Position numbers and translations under genes: made by a program. From Candidatus Aminicenantales bacterium (lineage in GTDB: Bacteria; Acidobacteriota; Aminicenantia; Aminicenantales; UBA4085), in assembly GCA_049515535.1 (NCBI GenBank), contig JBEKTZ010000015.1, positions 1-64,000 on the forward strand: 64,000 nt of DNA. The letters are read 5' to 3'. The number at the start of each line of letters is the position of its first letter. Within the stretch, counting starts at the first letter, position 1. Positions 20,001 through 28,610 of the stretch are shown here, piece by piece. The notes beneath the pieces were generated by a model, which saw only the letters and a program-made list of their open reading frames with translations, did no database searches and was not told the DNA's origin.

Positions 20001-21744
20001 GGGCAAGCAGGCGTACGTCTCCCTCATCGGCGCGCCGTTCGCGATCACGGTGATCGGGGGATTGGGAGTGGCGACGCTTTTCACCTTGGTCCTGATCCCG
20101 ACGTTTTCTTTCGGCCTCGAGAACGCCCTGAAGTGGTGGCGCGGATTGAATTGGAAGACCAAGGCGATCCAGGCTTTGATATTCGCCGCCGGGGAATGGT
20201 TCCTCATCGCCGAAATCGATTCCTTCCTTTGGCAGGTGGCGTACTCCTTGATCCTGTTCGTGGGCATTCCGTCGTTCACTTTTTTCGCCTTGACGAGCTT
20301 GCGGCGAAGCCGGACGAAACTGGTCCCGCCGGGAACCTCCTTGACCATCACCATCCGAAACATCAGCAAGCTTTATGACGATTTCGCCCGGTTCACGAAG
20401 GAATGGCGCAAGGGCCAACGGGAAAAAGAACACCGGAACGTGTCCGCCTCCGTCCTCCGCCATGAGCGGAGGCAGACTCTTCTCTGGGAGATCCCCATCT
20501 ATGGATTCCTGATCTATTTCACTTATTTTTACTTGCAGGGGGCGGCCTGGCTTTTGCTTTTTTCGGTGCTGGACTATCTGCTCGTCATGAGGCTCATTGA
20601 GATCCGGACGGTGAGCGGAAAACCCACCGGAGGGATTTCCGGACGGGCGAGGCTATGGAAGCTGATCTCGGCCTTGATCGCCTGGGGCCTGCCTCTGGCC
20701 AACGGCATTTGGTTGCAATCCCGCTGGCAGAGGTTGGGGGCCGTGCTCGTCGTCATGGTCCTGTGGTACGGGGCCCTCCTCGTTTACCGGACCTCGCGCA
20801 AGATCGAAGAGCGCAACATCAACATCAACCGCGTCACTGGCCGTGGACGCAGAGCCAGGACGATTTTTTATCGGTTCGTCCGGAAGATCCCGGTCATTGG
20901 CGGCCGGCGCGCTCCTTTTCAAGCGCTGGACCGGATTAGCCTGGAGATCGGCAGCGGCATGTTCGGCCTGGTCGGTCCCAACGGATCCGGGAAGACGACG
21001 CTGATGCGGATCATCTGCGGGATCCTTCCTCCGAGCCGGGGGAAAGTCTATTTCAACGAGCTGGACCTCGGCGAGTTCCGGGAAGAACTCCAGGCGCTCA
21101 TCGGATACCTGCCCCAGGAATTCGGCACCTACGAAAACATGACCGCCGCCCAATTCCTGGACTATCAGGCCCAGCTCAAGGGCCTCTGGAACCGGCGGAA
21201 ACGGCGGGCGGCCGTGGACGCGTCCTTGCGCTCCGTCCATCTCTTTGACCGGAAAGACGACCGGATCAGAACGTATTCCGGCGGAATGAAACAGCGTCTC
21301 GGCATCGCCCAGACGCTTCTCCATCTTCCCCGGATCCTCGTGGTGGACGAGCCGACAGCGGGCCTCGACCCGACGGAGAGAATCGCTTTCCGCAACCTTC
21401 TTTCGGAATTGGCCCGCGACCGCATCGTGATCTTCTCGACCCATATCATCGAGGATATTTCCATCTCCTGCAACCGGCTCGCGATCCTGCTCAAGGGCCG
21501 GGTGCGATTCATCGGAACCCCGACCGAGCTGGTCAATCTGACGAGAGGCTCGGTCTGGCAGATCTTCGTGGATGACGCGGGCTTCGAATCGATTCGCCGG
21601 GTCCATAAGGTCGTCCATCATCTCCGCGACGGGAACAGGATCAGGGCCCGGATCCTCTCCGCGAAAAGGCCGGCGGAGGACGCCCAGCCGGTCGTCCCGA
21701 CGCTCGAGGATTCTTATATGTGGCTGCTGGGACAGGAGGGATGA
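17014..21744 (+). CDS. RND permease fused to extra TM helices and a C-terminal ABC ATPase
   Basis: RND motifs (GMLVDCSVVVLEN, RVRPILIT) followed in the same frame by GPNGSGKTT, YSGGMKQR, DEPTAGLDP, STHIIED. Confidence 0.9.
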   Translation: MIEFFIRRPVFVAMILIGFCLLGVISYLQLPMELFPQSESPRMIVTVRGSQTSDPAYVELHAVIPLESAIAGLDKIERIETQIDQRRATIYVYYGKDVNLKYAYLKLQQCASTVRTQIGTEFTFTVSKSDTEQLSNRYLVLQARGEGSLDQIRAIIDEKITPELLSIDGVASVEVYGGRKRSIEVLLDDDAMKSYGLTVGQVQSKISEQSGKRVYLGQVHDARKEYFVNLISEYSTLPAIGDLIVKDKGPIVLKQIAKISEGGADQETISRINGREAVTLSLQRSWEANLISLAGRTRQAVSKLDETVKPDGVSLVIEDDTAKTIQDNMQSIFWLIVAGGLLAIAVLWLFLRNASLVLTVSASVPISILISMNVFYALHITINTLTMVGLAIAIGMLVDCSVVVLENIVRHADRTPDVRHAVVHGTTEVARAVFASTLTTIAVFLPFLFSTNSEVRTLGAQAGASIITTLLISLAVAFFLIPVLAFRFFTRRQKKNAGKPASVRPLSRMRQIYIVLLKTSLRYPARTLVATVALFFLSLGLCLTLSVNVPREVQLLTFNIYAVMPSGTTLETADDQVKTMDGLLQNIPEVSERLATIEEDNVTLTFKLVDDFHQTSSRTVTEITDDIIGRLSKAYPRIDFSTTEPQQNSRYMGGSGGAGGLGGGGSGRQSGVSLTRLLGIGAAQEKVLVRGQDLGLLRSVAEDVQYNISNLETVLSAQISVANQSPSLDLLLDQASMSHFDVSLQNVRNELSGFQKETTADVKFKAGNDEFDIILKSASDKEKKTEDLRRLQFPSSTGGLVPLQQISRLVYSTGYSNINRVNQEKQVQVTYRFNTDIEQSKSLLEAARTSVEDIVSSITPPPGVIIEVVRDESDMSEFYFLIALGILLIYMVLASTFEGFRTPLVMMFTLPLAGIGAFSGLALTSNSLYNANVLIGFLILFGVVVNNGVLLIDYSRRLERQKQRRERALMTAGLTRVRPILITAITTILGMLPVAMGKQAYVSLIGAPFAITVIGGLGVATLFTLVLIPTFSFGLENALKWWRGLNWKTKAIQALIFAAGEWFLIAEIDSFLWQVAYSLILFVGIPSFTFFALTSLRRSRTKLVPPGTSLTITIRNISKLYDDFARFTKEWRKGQREKEHRNVSASVLRHERRQTLLWEIPIYGFLIYFTYFYLQGAAWLLLFSVLDYLLVMRLIEIRTVSGKPTGGISGRARLWKLISALIAWGLPLANGIWLQSRWQRLGAVLVVMVLWYGALLVYRTSRKIEERNININRVTGRGRRARTIFYRFVRKIPVIGGRRAPFQALDRISLEIGSGMFGLVGPNGSGKTTLMRIICGILPPSRGKVYFNELDLGEFREELQALIGYLPQEFGTYENMTAAQFLDYQAQLKGLWNRRKRRAAVDASLRSVHLFDRKDDRIRTYSGGMKQRLGIAQTLLHLPRILVVDEPTAGLDPTERIAFRNLLSELARDRIVIFSTHIIEDISISCNRLAILLKGRVRFIGTPTELVNLTRGSVWQIFVDDAGFESIRRVHKVVHHLRDGNRIRARILSAKRPAEDAQPVVPTLEDSYMWLLGQEG

Positions 21745-21748
21745 TCCG

Positions 21749-22492
21749 ATGACGGACAGCAACGGCAAGGGCCGGATCGGCCGCGGGTTGGTTGACGGGA
21801 TCCTCGAGGGATTGATCTTTTTCCGTTATAACGCCGCCAACGTGTTCGCCGGCCGGGCGATCCTCTTCATGATCCTGGCCAGCTCCGTTTTCCTGGCGGT
21901 CGTCGTCCTGAATCTCCTGAGCCGCTCCGGGGATTTTTCCGGCCAGAAAATATACGATCTTCTTCTTGTCCCGGGGATCCTGCTCGTCTTCTATCCCGCC
22001 GTCTTCGCCCTCCAGAACGACAAGGACGCCGGGATGATCGAGAATCTTTTCGGCATTCCGGACTACCGGTACAAGATCTGGCTGGCTCGCTATTTCACTC
22101 TCTATGTTCTCGTGGCCGCTCTTCTTTTTCTCCTGGGGGTCTTTTGCCGGGTAGGGCTGGCTTCCTTTCCCCTGGGCAAGATGATGCTGGAGCTCATGGT
22201 CCCGGTCGTCTTCGTGGGGAGCCTTTCCTTTTTTATCGCCAGCCGGACGGGCAGCGGGCTCGCCACCGCCGTCATCATGGTCGTCGTCCTCCTCCTGTTC
22301 TGGCTTTTCCGGAACTCCCTCGCGGACAGCCCCTGGTACCTCTTTCACAATCCTTTCACCGCCGGGAACGAAGTCAAGACCATGCTCCTGGCCCGAACGA
22401 CGATCGCCAACCGGCTTTATTTCATCAGCGCCTCGATTTTTCTGACGATGCTGGCCCTGCTCCGCCTGCAGAAAAGGGAAAAATACGTCTGA
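21749..22492 (+). CDS. ABC-2 type permease
   Basis: ~6 TM helices; GGAGG RBS before ATG 21749; last gene of the operon. Confidence 0.75.
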   Translation: MTDSNGKGRIGRGLVDGILEGLIFFRYNAANVFAGRAILFMILASSVFLAVVVLNLLSRSGDFSGQKIYDLLLVPGILLVFYPAVFALQNDKDAGMIENLFGIPDYRYKIWLARYFTLYVLVAALLFLLGVFCRVGLASFPLGKMMLELMVPVVFVGSLSFFIASRTGSGLATAVIMVVVLLLFWLFRNSLADSPWYLFHNPFTAGNEVKTMLLARTTIANRLYFISASIFLTMLALLRLQKREKYV

Positions 22493-22510
22493 TTATGGAT
22501 TATTGATACG

Positions 22511-22603
22511 TTCGACGGCGCCAAACCCCGATTTTAAATCGGGGTTTGGCGCCGCTCAGTATTAACCCTGAGCATACCCCGGGCTTCAGCCCGGGGAGTC
22601 GAA
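22511..22603. repeat. Cruciform REP-like palindromic element between convergent genes
   Basis: ttcgac-[ggcgccaaaccccgatt/aatcggggtttggcgcc]-gctcag...ctgagc-[ccccgggc-ttca-gcccgggg]-gtcgaa. Confidence 0.75.
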
Positions 22604-22670
22604 TGGGTTGATTTTTGAATTCCCCGCGCGCGATCCCCCCCCCCGCGGGATTTTTGGGTAAAACCGAGAA

Positions 22671-23411
22671 TCAAATCCCCAGCGACAATCGTTCGGCCAG
22701 TGCGGGCGGAAGGCCGGCCTTGATGATTTTCGCTTGAGCGTCGTCGAGATCGTATTCGAGACGATGGAACTTGACGGTGTGGACGTCCGAGTCGTAAATG
22801 GCGAAGGCCGCGCGCGGATTCCGGTCGCGAGGCTGACCGACGGAGCCGGGGTTGATGAGATAAGTCACGTCCTTCTCGAGCTTGACTTCGTTGGCATTCC
22901 CCTCGAGGAAAGTGCTCTCCACCGCGCCGTCGCGCTTGGCATACACGAAGGGAAAGTGGGTATGGCCGAAAAAGCAAAGAGGGCGTTTCAAATAGTCGAA
23001 CGCCTCCGCGGCGTCGAACTCGCCGAAGATATAGTAGTCTTCATCGAATGGGGAGCCGTGGCAGATGGAGAACCGCTCGTCGACGACCTGAGGGCCTTTT
23101 TTGACGTGGCCCAGGAATTCGGCGTTCTTTTTCAGGATCTTTTTTTTGGTCCAATAGATCGCCGCCGCCGCGATGGGATTGAACGTCTCGATCGAGTCCT
23201 GCCCGGTGACGGCCTTGTCGTGGTTGCCTCGGATGATCGACAAGGGTCTGAGGTTCCGGACTTTTTGGATGGTTTCGTTGGGTGAGGCGCCGTAACCGAC
23301 CAGATCTCCGAGGCAGACGAAATGGTCGATCTTTTTTTTCTGGATGAACTTCAGAAGGGCGTTGAGCGCCTCGAGGTTGCCGTGGATATCACTGAAGATC
23401 AGATAGCGCAT
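22671..23411 (-). CDS. Calcineurin-like metallophosphoesterase (YfcE/MJ0936-like)
   Basis: SDIHGN, GDLVGYG, GNHD, HGSP, GHTH, NPGSVGQPRD. Confidence 0.92.
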   Translation of the reverse strand: MRYLIFSDIHGNLEALNALLKFIQKKKIDHFVCLGDLVGYGASPNETIQKVRNLRPLSIIRGNHDKAVTGQDSIETFNPIAAAAIYWTKKKILKKNAEFLGHVKKGPQVVDERFSICHGSPFDEDYYIFGEFDAAEAFDYLKRPLCFFGHTHFPFVYAKRDGAVESTFLEGNANEVKLEKDVTYLINPGSVGQPRDRNPRAAFAIYDSDVHTVKFHRLEYDLDDAQAKIIKAGLPPALAERLSLGI

Positions 23412-24310
23412 GCCGTTCCTCTCCGGGATTTCTTAAACGTATCATAAAGCTTGTGGGCGTGAAAAGAGCTGCGCACGAGCGGCCCCGATGAAACATCGGA
23501 AAAGCCGAGCTCCAGGGCGATATCCCCGAGCCGGGCGAATTCCTCCGGCGGATGAAATTCGACGACGGCCGCGTGGGCGCGGGTCGGTTGGAGATACTGC
23601 CCGATGGTCAGCAGGTCGCAGCCGGCCGCTCGCAGGTCGCCAAAGGTCCGGAGCAGGTCGTCTTCGGATTCTCCCAACCCGATCATCAGCCCGGATTTCG
23701 TCAGGGCGCCCCAAGTTTTGGCCTTGCCGAGGACGCCCAGCGACCTCCGGTAATTCGTTGCCGGACGGCCGATTTTCGGATAGAGAGATTCCGTGGTTTC
23801 GAGGTTATGATTGAGAATGTCGGGACCGGCGTCCACCACGCTCTTGAGCGCGTCCTCGCGGCCGTCGAAATCCGGGACGAGGACCTCGACGCTCGCGGCC
23901 GGGATCCTTTTTCGGAGGGCCCGGATGGTCCGGACGAATTGCGACGCGCCCCCGTCCGGCAGATCGTCCCGCGTCACCGACGTGACGACGACATGCGCGA
24001 GTCCGAGCGTCGCTGCGGCCTCGGCGATGTGCTCCGGCTCTTCAGCCGACAAGGGGAGCGGCTTTCCTTTCTCGACCGCGCAGAACGCGCAGGCCCGGGT
24101 GCAGATATTTCCTAAAATCAAAAAAGTCGCCGTTTTTTCCGTCCAGCATTCGGCGATATTCGGGCATCGGGCGCTCCGGCAGATCGTGTTGAGGCGATGT
24201 TTTTCCAGGAGTGAGGCGACCGAAAAATAGCCGGACTGCGAGGGAAAGGCAACCTTTAACCAGGACGGTTTTTTTGCCGATCGGGTCTCTTCAGGGAGAT
24301 AAGTGATCAA
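23399..24310 (-). CDS. lipA: Lipoyl synthase
   Basis: KPSWLK, CX4CX5C (CRSARCPNIAEC), radical SAM CTRACAFC, TSVTRDDL, NHNLET, GPLVRSS. Confidence 0.96.
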   Translation of the reverse strand: MITYLPEETRSAKKPSWLKVAFPSQSGYFSVASLLEKHRLNTICRSARCPNIAECWTEKTATFLILGNICTRACAFCAVEKGKPLPLSAEEPEHIAEAAATLGLAHVVVTSVTRDDLPDGGASQFVRTIRALRKRIPAASVEVLVPDFDGREDALKSVVDAGPDILNHNLETTESLYPKIGRPATNYRRSLGVLGKAKTWGALTKSGLMIGLGESEDDLLRTFGDLRAAGCDLLTIGQYLQPTRAHAAVVEFHPPEEFARLGDIALELGFSDVSSGPLVRSSFHAHKLYDTFKKSRRGTACAI

Positions 24311-24513
24311 TATTCGAAGTCTTTTTCTCTCTTCATCCGCCGCCGCATCCGCTTACGGGCCTGGGCTTCCTTCATCCGTTTGCGTTCGCCCGGCTTGAAA
24401 TAAACGGAATGCTTCTTGATTTCCTTGATGATCGCTTCCTGCTGAACTCTTCTTTTAAATCTTTTGAGCGCGCTTTCGAGAGATTCGCCCTCATCGATAA
24501 CGACAAAAGCCAA
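24307..24513 (-). CDS. rpsU: 30S ribosomal protein S21
   Basis: ESLESALKRFKR...YFKPGE; TTG start after GGAGGTG RBS. Confidence 0.93.
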   Translation of the reverse strand: MAFVVIDEGESLESALKRFKRRVQQEAIIKEIKKHSVYFKPGERKRMKEAQARKRMRRRMKREKDFEY

Positions 24514-24547
24514 TAAATTCACCTCCTCCCGTATGGGGAGTATCGAC

Positions 24548-24576
24548 GTTATACCCGAACGGAACGCGGTTGTCAA
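24548..24576 (-). promoter_or_regulatory. sigma70 promoter for rpsU-lipA operon
   Basis: TTGACA-N17-TATAAC. Confidence 0.7.
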
Positions 24577-24618
24577 GGCGGCGAGGGCCTGACCGCTCCG
24601 GGAATTCGGATCTTTCCC

Positions 24619-26850
24619 TTACTTTGTTTTTCCCAGTCCGAGGCGCAGGCTGACCATCCATTCGGCCGTAGCTGCGGGCTGATAGGAGTTGCCGTCCGGG
24701 TCGGGTTCCGTGAAGCCGTAGTATTCGACGCCGAAAATATTCCGGCCGGAGAGCATGATCTCCCAAGGCGATCCGCCGACCTCGAACTTATAACCGAGCC
24801 GGATATGGACGAGCGCGTAGGGATCGGTCTTGCCGTAGCCGTTCGAGAATATTAAGTTGGTCGAGTCGATATACCAGGAGCTCACGTATTCAAGCGCGGC
24901 GCCGGCGGTCAACGCGGGCGTGATCTTGTATTCCGTATCGAGATAGAGCTGATGCTGGGGGCAGTTAGGGAGCCATGTTTTATTAAAAGTGGTTCCGGCG
25001 AGCGTCTCGACGGTATCATATTTGAAGCGAGAATAGGTATAGGCCAGTCTCATCGCCAGAGGCTCGACGGGATACCAGGCCAGGGATGCTTCCAGGCCGT
25101 AACGGGTGGTCGATCCGACGTTGCCGTAGAATGTTTCGAGCAGACGCGAAGGCACTCTGAACCGGCCGAAATCATGGTCCGTCGCAAGATGGAAGAGGGC
25201 GAGATCGTAGACGAACGATTCGCTGATTGAACCGCGCGCTCCGATCTCCTGGCCGCTCGACGTGGCCGGCTTGAGATCCTGGTTGAATCCGCCAAAAGCA
25301 TTGGGGTTGTTGGCCAGCTCCTCGGTGCCCGGCGGCAGGAAGCCGGTGCCCCAGCTCGCGTAGAGACCGAAGTCCGAGACGGGATTCCAGGTCAGGCCGA
25401 GACGGCCCGTCGCCTTATTATAGGATGCGTCGCCCGAAAGGCCGCCGACATGGTCGTCCAGCTTGCAGGTGACGTTGTCATAGCGGAGGTTGAGGGACAC
25501 GCCCCACTGGGGGCCCAGTTCGACCCGATCGAGAACGAAAACCCCAGCGCTGTGCTGGGTCATGGTTTGGTCGGATTGGATGTCCGAGCCCTCAACGGCA
25601 TCGCCGAGGTTGGGATGTTTGATCTCGTCAATCGTCTGCCAGCCAAAGTCGGCGCCGGCGCTGAGGTGGTTCTTGAGCCAGTCGTCTCCAGCATTGTGGT
25701 TGAGCTGGATCGATGCGCCGGGCGTGTCATAGCCGCGATGGATGAGAGAGGAGGGAACCGATTCGGTGTATTTGGTGTGGCGATAGAACGCGGTCAGGGC
25801 CAGATCGAGGTTGTCGGCCAGCCCGATCGAGCCCGTCAGGCCGCTCGTGAACCGGCCCGTCCGCTGGTATTCATTGCCGGGGATATGGTCGACGCCGAAC
25901 ATTTGCTGAAACCAACTGGGCGTCTTCCGGTATTCGCTAAGGGAGTAGCCGTCCGGATTGGCCAACTTCCGGAATTCGCTCACGTTGGCGCTGATCCAGT
26001 CAAGGTTGAGCCCTTCGGCGTTGTCGTTGAAGAAATCGGTGTAGCCGAGGATCGCGGTCAGCTTGACCTTGGGGGCGATGTCGAGCCGGAACTTGCCATA
26101 GAAATTATCCGCCCAATATTTCGTGTGCTCCCGATAGCCGGTGCCGTTGGTGTAAGACCCGGCGACGCGGTAATTCAGAAGGTCGGTCGTCCCGCCCGCT
26201 TCGGCCATGCCCTTATAAAAGCCGTAGGATCCGCCGGCGAGATAAGCGTCGGCGGAAATCGGAGCGGCGCCGCCGTCGCGGGTCAGGATATTGAGGATGC
26301 CGCCCGACGAGCCGCTGCCGTAAAAGGCGGCCGCGGGCCCGCGCAGGATCTCGATGCGGCGCACGGTGGCCCAGTCGATGTCGAAAAAGTCGGGGACGAA
26401 GCCCGAGGGATCGTTGAGCGGGATGCCGTCGACAATGGTTTTGATGCCGCGCGTTCCCCGCTCGGTCAGAATGCCCTGGCCGCGGATCGAGAGGTGGACG
26501 CGCTCGCCGTCGGCCTGGTTGTCGACTTTGACGCCCGGGACGAGCTTCATGGCTTCGTCGATGCCGATCGTCCGGGCCATGGTTTGCAGGATTTGGGTCT
26601 CGATGACCGTGGTCGCGGCGGGGTTCTGCTTGAGGAGGATCTCGACGCGGGGCGCGGTGACCGTGATCTCGATTTTTTCCTTGGTCTGGACCGCCTGCTC
26701 TTTTTCCTTTTCTTGGGTCTGCGGGTCCGCGGTTTTTTTCGCGTCCTTCTTTTCTTCGGAGGACGAGGCGAAGGATGGACCGGCTAGGAAAAACAATATA
26801 AAGAGGATAAAGAACGAGAAAAGAATAGGGTGAAAGCGTAATTTGTGCAT
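24619..26850 (-). CDS. TonB-dependent receptor
   Basis: Signal peptide, TonB-box-like EITVTAPR, plug motifs (SIRG, DGIPL, RIEILRGP..FYG...GG.LNI), GRNIF barrel end; AGGAGG RBS before ATG 26850. Confidence 0.92.
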   Translation of the reverse strand: MHKLRFHPILFSFFILFILFFLAGPSFASSSEEKKDAKKTADPQTQEKEKEQAVQTKEKIEITVTAPRVEILLKQNPAATTVIETQILQTMARTIGIDEAMKLVPGVKVDNQADGERVHLSIRGQGILTERGTRGIKTIVDGIPLNDPSGFVPDFFDIDWATVRRIEILRGPAAAFYGSGSSGGILNILTRDGGAAPISADAYLAGGSYGFYKGMAEAGGTTDLLNYRVAGSYTNGTGYREHTKYWADNFYGKFRLDIAPKVKLTAILGYTDFFNDNAEGLNLDWISANVSEFRKLANPDGYSLSEYRKTPSWFQQMFGVDHIPGNEYQRTGRFTSGLTGSIGLADNLDLALTAFYRHTKYTESVPSSLIHRGYDTPGASIQLNHNAGDDWLKNHLSAGADFGWQTIDEIKHPNLGDAVEGSDIQSDQTMTQHSAGVFVLDRVELGPQWGVSLNLRYDNVTCKLDDHVGGLSGDASYNKATGRLGLTWNPVSDFGLYASWGTGFLPPGTEELANNPNAFGGFNQDLKPATSSGQEIGARGSISESFVYDLALFHLATDHDFGRFRVPSRLLETFYGNVGSTTRYGLEASLAWYPVEPLAMRLAYTYSRFKYDTVETLAGTTFNKTWLPNCPQHQLYLDTEYKITPALTAGAALEYVSSWYIDSTNLIFSNGYGKTDPYALVHIRLGYKFEVGGSPWEIMLSGRNIFGVEYYGFTEPDPDGNSYQPAATAEWMVSLRLGLGKTK

Positions 26851-26947
26851 AAGATAGCCTCCTACATTTATATTAGACACAGGCTGAGCTTGTTTCTTCC
26901 ATTTCTCCGAAACGTTCGCTTTTTGTGGACTTTCGTTGTTGGTTTCC

Positions 26948-27148
26948 TTGACGAGCGGTTCCCCGCGGCAAGCCGCGGGAAACTGCTTGTAGAGGGATCC
27001 AAGGGGGAGCCGCCCCCTTGGTCGCAGTCCTATGCGGAGCATAGGGCGAGAAAGGGAGGCAGGGCAACGCCGTTTTGTACCCTAAAGTACAAAACGGTGT
27101 GCCCGTTGGAAGGGGGAAACGCGAAGCGGGTTCCCCCTCCAAGTTGAC
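26948..27148 (+). repeat. Structured intergenic repeat, copy 2
   Basis: Same conserved core as copy 1, with longer hairpins 4 and 5. Confidence 0.92.
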
Positions 27149-27249
27149 ATCGTATATCGGCCGAGGATATATTTCGGGAGCAGGCATGACGATATTCGCT
27201 GCTATATGCGATCCGTAAGCATGCCGCGTGAAAGTCGAGCGAAAAACCG

Positions 27250-27843
27250 ATGGCGACGCAGATTCTTGATGGGGCAGAAGCCATGAGTATTGGCGGCAAC
27301 GAACAGGAGCGGAGTCTCGCCCTGGCCGCGCAACGCGGCGATTCGGGAGCGTTTCGGGAACTCTACGATGCTTATCGCGAGCGGATCTGGACCCTGGTCG
27401 TTTATTCGATCGGAGATGCCCTCCAGGCCCAGGACGTGCTGCAGACCGTCTTTCTTAAGGCATTCCGGGGTCTCCGGAGTTTCAGGTTTCAATCCAGTCT
27501 GTTTACGTGGATTTACCGGATCGCCTGCAATGAATGTCGGAATTATCACCGGCGGCGCGGCATTCGGCACGTGCCTCTCGAGGCGATTCTCGGCAGCAGC
27601 GACGAAATGGATAGGAGGCCCATCTCGGACGGCCTCGAGGCGCGCAGGGTCATCCTGCGAAACGCGGTGATACAATTGCCTTTCAAGATGCGGGATGTCA
27701 TCGTGCTGAAGTACGTCGAAGAGCTTTCCTATGAAGAGATGAGCCGGGTGCTCGGGTGCTCGCCCGGGACGGTGGCTTCAAGGCTGAACCGGGCGTTGGC
27801 GGAACTCGAAGAAAGGCTGCGGCCTTTCAGGCGATTCTTGTGA
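27250..27843 (+). CDS. ECF RNA polymerase sigma factor
   Basis: GD..AF.ELY, AQDVLQTVFLKA, FTWIYRIA.N, LSYEEMS.VLG...GTV.SRL.RA; start may be 27283. Confidence 0.93.
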   Translation: MATQILDGAEAMSIGGNEQERSLALAAQRGDSGAFRELYDAYRERIWTLVVYSIGDALQAQDVLQTVFLKAFRGLRSFRFQSSLFTWIYRIACNECRNYHRRRGIRHVPLEAILGSSDEMDRRPISDGLEARRVILRNAVIQLPFKMRDVIVLKYVEELSYEEMSRVLGCSPGTVASRLNRALAELEERLRPFRRFL

Positions 27844-27871
27844 AGAAATCGGAAAGCAAGGAGTATCGGCG

Positions 27872-28600
27872 ATGAGTTGCTTGCGTTTTGGCCTGCGAAA
27901 GAAGTTCGTGCCTTATCTTGAGGGTGAACTCCCGCCTCGCGAGGCGAAGCGAGTGGAGAAGCATCTGCTCGACTGCGGACGGTGCCGGGCCATATTTGGC
28001 CGGCTTCGAGCCGGACACCGGTCGGCGCAGCAACTCCGTCACCTCAGCCCGGATGGCGCTCATCCCGCGCCTGAGTTCGAAACGATGATGGCCGATGTCG
28101 GCGAAATTGTCCCTGTCCGCCACAAGTGGGTTCGGGCGTGGGAGGATTGGTTCTATGCGCTGACAACTCCTCGCCTGGTCCAGGTCCTCATGGTGTTGGT
28201 GCTGGCCCTGACGGCGGTCCTGGTGGTTTCGAACCGGAGATATTTGTTCGGAGATCGGAACAGCGGCCTGGATAAATCGACGGCTCTGAAATTCAGCGAA
28301 TTCCATCCACTCAGTATCCCCGAGCTCCAGTCGAACACCCGGCCTCACATCGCGATCGAAGGTTACGTGCGCGACGTCCATATCGATCAAGAGGAAGGGA
28401 CCCTGCATTTCACGTTGGCGGAGATCCCGCAAGGGTTAGGACCCTTTGTCATATGCGAGATCATGAGCCCGATCGGGATGCCTATCCCGCGCGACGGCAA
28501 TCGCGTCCGCGTCTACGGCGTGGCCCGCTACGACGCCCAACCCGGCCGCGAGTGGTACGAAGTCAATCCCGTCCTGAACATCGCCGTCCTGAAGCGCTGA
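27872..28600 (+). CDS. Anti-sigma factor (zf-HC2) with TM helix and extracytoplasmic OB-fold-like domain
   Basis: YLEGEL...HLLDCGRC (HxxxCxxC); TM helix; C-terminal beta-rich IEGYV..V.....G..H....G.RVRV.G....W.EV.P. Confidence 0.85.
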   Translation: MSCLRFGLRKKFVPYLEGELPPREAKRVEKHLLDCGRCRAIFGRLRAGHRSAQQLRHLSPDGAHPAPEFETMMADVGEIVPVRHKWVRAWEDWFYALTTPRLVQVLMVLVLALTAVLVVSNRRYLFGDRNSGLDKSTALKFSEFHPLSIPELQSNTRPHIAIEGYVRDVHIDQEEGTLHFTLAEIPQGLGPFVICEIMSPIGMPIPRDGNRVRVYGVARYDAQPGREWYEVNPVLNIAVLKR

Positions 28601-28610
28601 GAGGCAACGT

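Noticed and set aside
26851..27148. Cobalamin or other riboswitch upstream of the TonB receptor
   Set aside because: No B12-box or other recognisable aptamer; the structure is the dispersed repeat, which also occurs beside unrelated genes
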